A DNA stretch of 63,193 nt, counting the filler, from Hausera hauseri (taxonomy: Eukaryota), in assembly GCA_046269625.1 (NCBI GenBank). It is 12 parts of 12 records of this genome, joined end to end, with 100 filler letters (N's around TTAATTAATTAA, not from the genome) between each part and the next. Parts side by side here need not be neighbours in the genome. Positions count along the whole stretch, not along the records: positions 59,014 to 63,193 come from JBJURY010716659.1; 11 more parts are not named here. One strand, written 5' to 3'. How positions within the stretch are numbered: position 1 is the stretch's first letter; every line of letters begins with the position of its first letter. Both the position numbers and the translations under genes were made by a program. Below, piece by piece: positions 61,394 through 63,193 of this stretch. The notes below the pieces were generated by a model. That model was not told the DNA's origin. It worked only from the letters and a program-made list of their open reading frames with translations, and ran no database searches.

Positions 61394-62450
61394 TTACATG
61401 AAGTTTAAGAGATGGGGAATTATACTTATCATATACTTGTAAATTGGATAATCGTATAAATATATTACCGTATTTCGGATAATTTTATCGTATATGTGAG
61501 TATGATCGAGATCTTTATAATCTTTGTACTGAGTAGAAATATGAGTATGCGTACGTTTTCTGAAGATAGAATAAACGATGACTTGGAACGAGAAAGTGAT
61601 CAACAGTACAGTCCTGGAGTATATCGGATCAACAGATCGACATAACTGATTCGGCACATAAAAGACGGGTAATGAAACCTACAAATTACATAATCCAGTG
61701 ATAAATCCAAAGAATATAAGACGTAGACTGGACATGATAAGAGTAATAGCAAAGTTTTATTTCCTTCCCAAGTAGAATTGCGGCGACACCAGGGTACGCG
61801 AGCGTAAAAATGAATCGATTAGATAATCTATAAAGTGTAATGAAGGTTCACATTGAATTAGAGGGTTGATGCAAATACGAAACTAAGTAAATAATTATGA
61901 GTGTTTACGACAATATTTATAATAAGGTAAATAGTTCGTACATACACGACGTTAACGATAAATAAAATGGCGAGCGTATTTATAGAGTTTACATTAAGAA
62001 TGTATTAACAGCATATTACGGGTGAAGTATTTGCGAATATTTAACATGTAATTATATGTCGGAAATGAAATTTATTCTCTATCTGCCCACAAGTATGAAT
62101 TGAGAGCATGATTCGTATTAATTTGAGAAAATATAAGCAACCATGAATATTTGGAGTATAACCGCATTGAAAACCATTCTCCTCACGACCTGTGGGAAAA
62201 CTATAAATGTATCCATCAAGTTATAAGCATAGCACCTTCACGTAGTTTCAGGTAAGAAAGAATTTAATCATTTGAAATTCTGTAGATGCAACTTGATGCC
62301 TGAATGTATATCCTTGGTTAGAATCGAAATAGATACCATACATTATTTTGAAATTATTGCATGTTTGATTCCTTTAAAGAAAAAATCCGGAGTTGAGGGA
62401 AACAGTACAAGTAGGCATCTCTGATATGAATAATCACAAGGACCGCGTAT
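61394..62450 (-). pseudogene. Possible heavily decayed LRR-containing 7TM receptor
   Basis: LRR-like FPQLRIFSLKESNMQ*FQNNV, followed by several hydrophobic stretches (NTLAILFIVNVVYV; LRLIFFGFITGL; C..TVLLITFSFQVIVYSIFRK) across stops and frameshifts. Confidence 0.25.
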
Positions 62451-63193
62451 CGCAAGGAAACCAAAATGGAAATGTCCAAATCTTGATTTGGGAATACCAC
62501 TTGATATGTAAATACCTACTCTTGGTTGGAATAAAAATGTTTCCCATACATAGTTCGGAAATTGTCGCATATTAGATTTCTTTTAAATCTGGAATTGAAG
62601 GAAATACAATACATGTGCACGTCGAAGGAATATGTAACCAAAGTAACCAAGTAGACTCCTATCATACCTTCAACAGTCAAAGGCGCAGGTATTTTACATA
62701 CCGAACCGCCCTCGAACTCCCCTTCACGTTCAATCAAAATATTTATATGTTACTACAAATAACGAAACGTTTGAATAAGCAGGATTTTATTTTATTCTCA
62801 ACCCAACAAAACAGTAACACGTAAAAGAAATAAGTTAGTGTATATCAATTTATCATATAATTGTATTTAATGTTTTCATTTTAAAGTTAACATTTACTCT
62901 AATTCATTTAAAATTAGAAATGTTCACAATATCCCATATACTGCGTCTCTCGCATACATGAGGAGGCAGAACAGTGCCATCAACAAATGGCGAAATATTA
63001 CAACGTTGGAATGGACGCATATCTGTGTTCAACTTGTAATATTTCAGCCCAATGTCCGTACCCCGATTTTTATGAGATGCACAAGCATCATGGACCGTTT
63101 ACACAGTCGAAGAGGGTGATGCTAGTGCATTGCCCCATGTACCCACGGTACTGTACAAGTACAGTGCACGACGTTGATGGTTGCCATAGTGCA

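Overview
This is AT-rich animal DNA, probably a flatworm or related spiralian, inferred from the innexin type and a CsRn1-like Gypsy. The window is not a contiguous locus. It is 12 unrelated 4-9 kb contigs joined by artificial 100-bp spacers (44N-TTAATTAATTAA-44N). Most of the content is decayed mobile DNA: Ty3/Gypsy, BEL/Pao, piggyBac, pogo/Tigger, mariner/Tc1, and four Polinton/adintovirus-type family-B DNA polymerase genes. Two host-type ORFs are intact and uninterrupted, an innexin and a Diaphanous formin. A Domino/SRCAP-like gene is present as a pseudogene. The most unusual object is contig 26822-32112. It is a circularly closed 5,214-bp unit with 77-bp identical ends. It carries a 45-bp TG..CA mini-LTR, a tRNA primer-binding site and a gag. 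The gag runs into about 1,100 codons of unrecognised protein with an AT-hook, and there is no reverse transcriptase or integrase. A diverged second family member at 2830-4414 is colinear across the circular junction. Other leads are the formin ORF abutting an LTR plus PBS, and a repeated family of apparently catalytically dead DEDDh-exonuclease-like ORFs.
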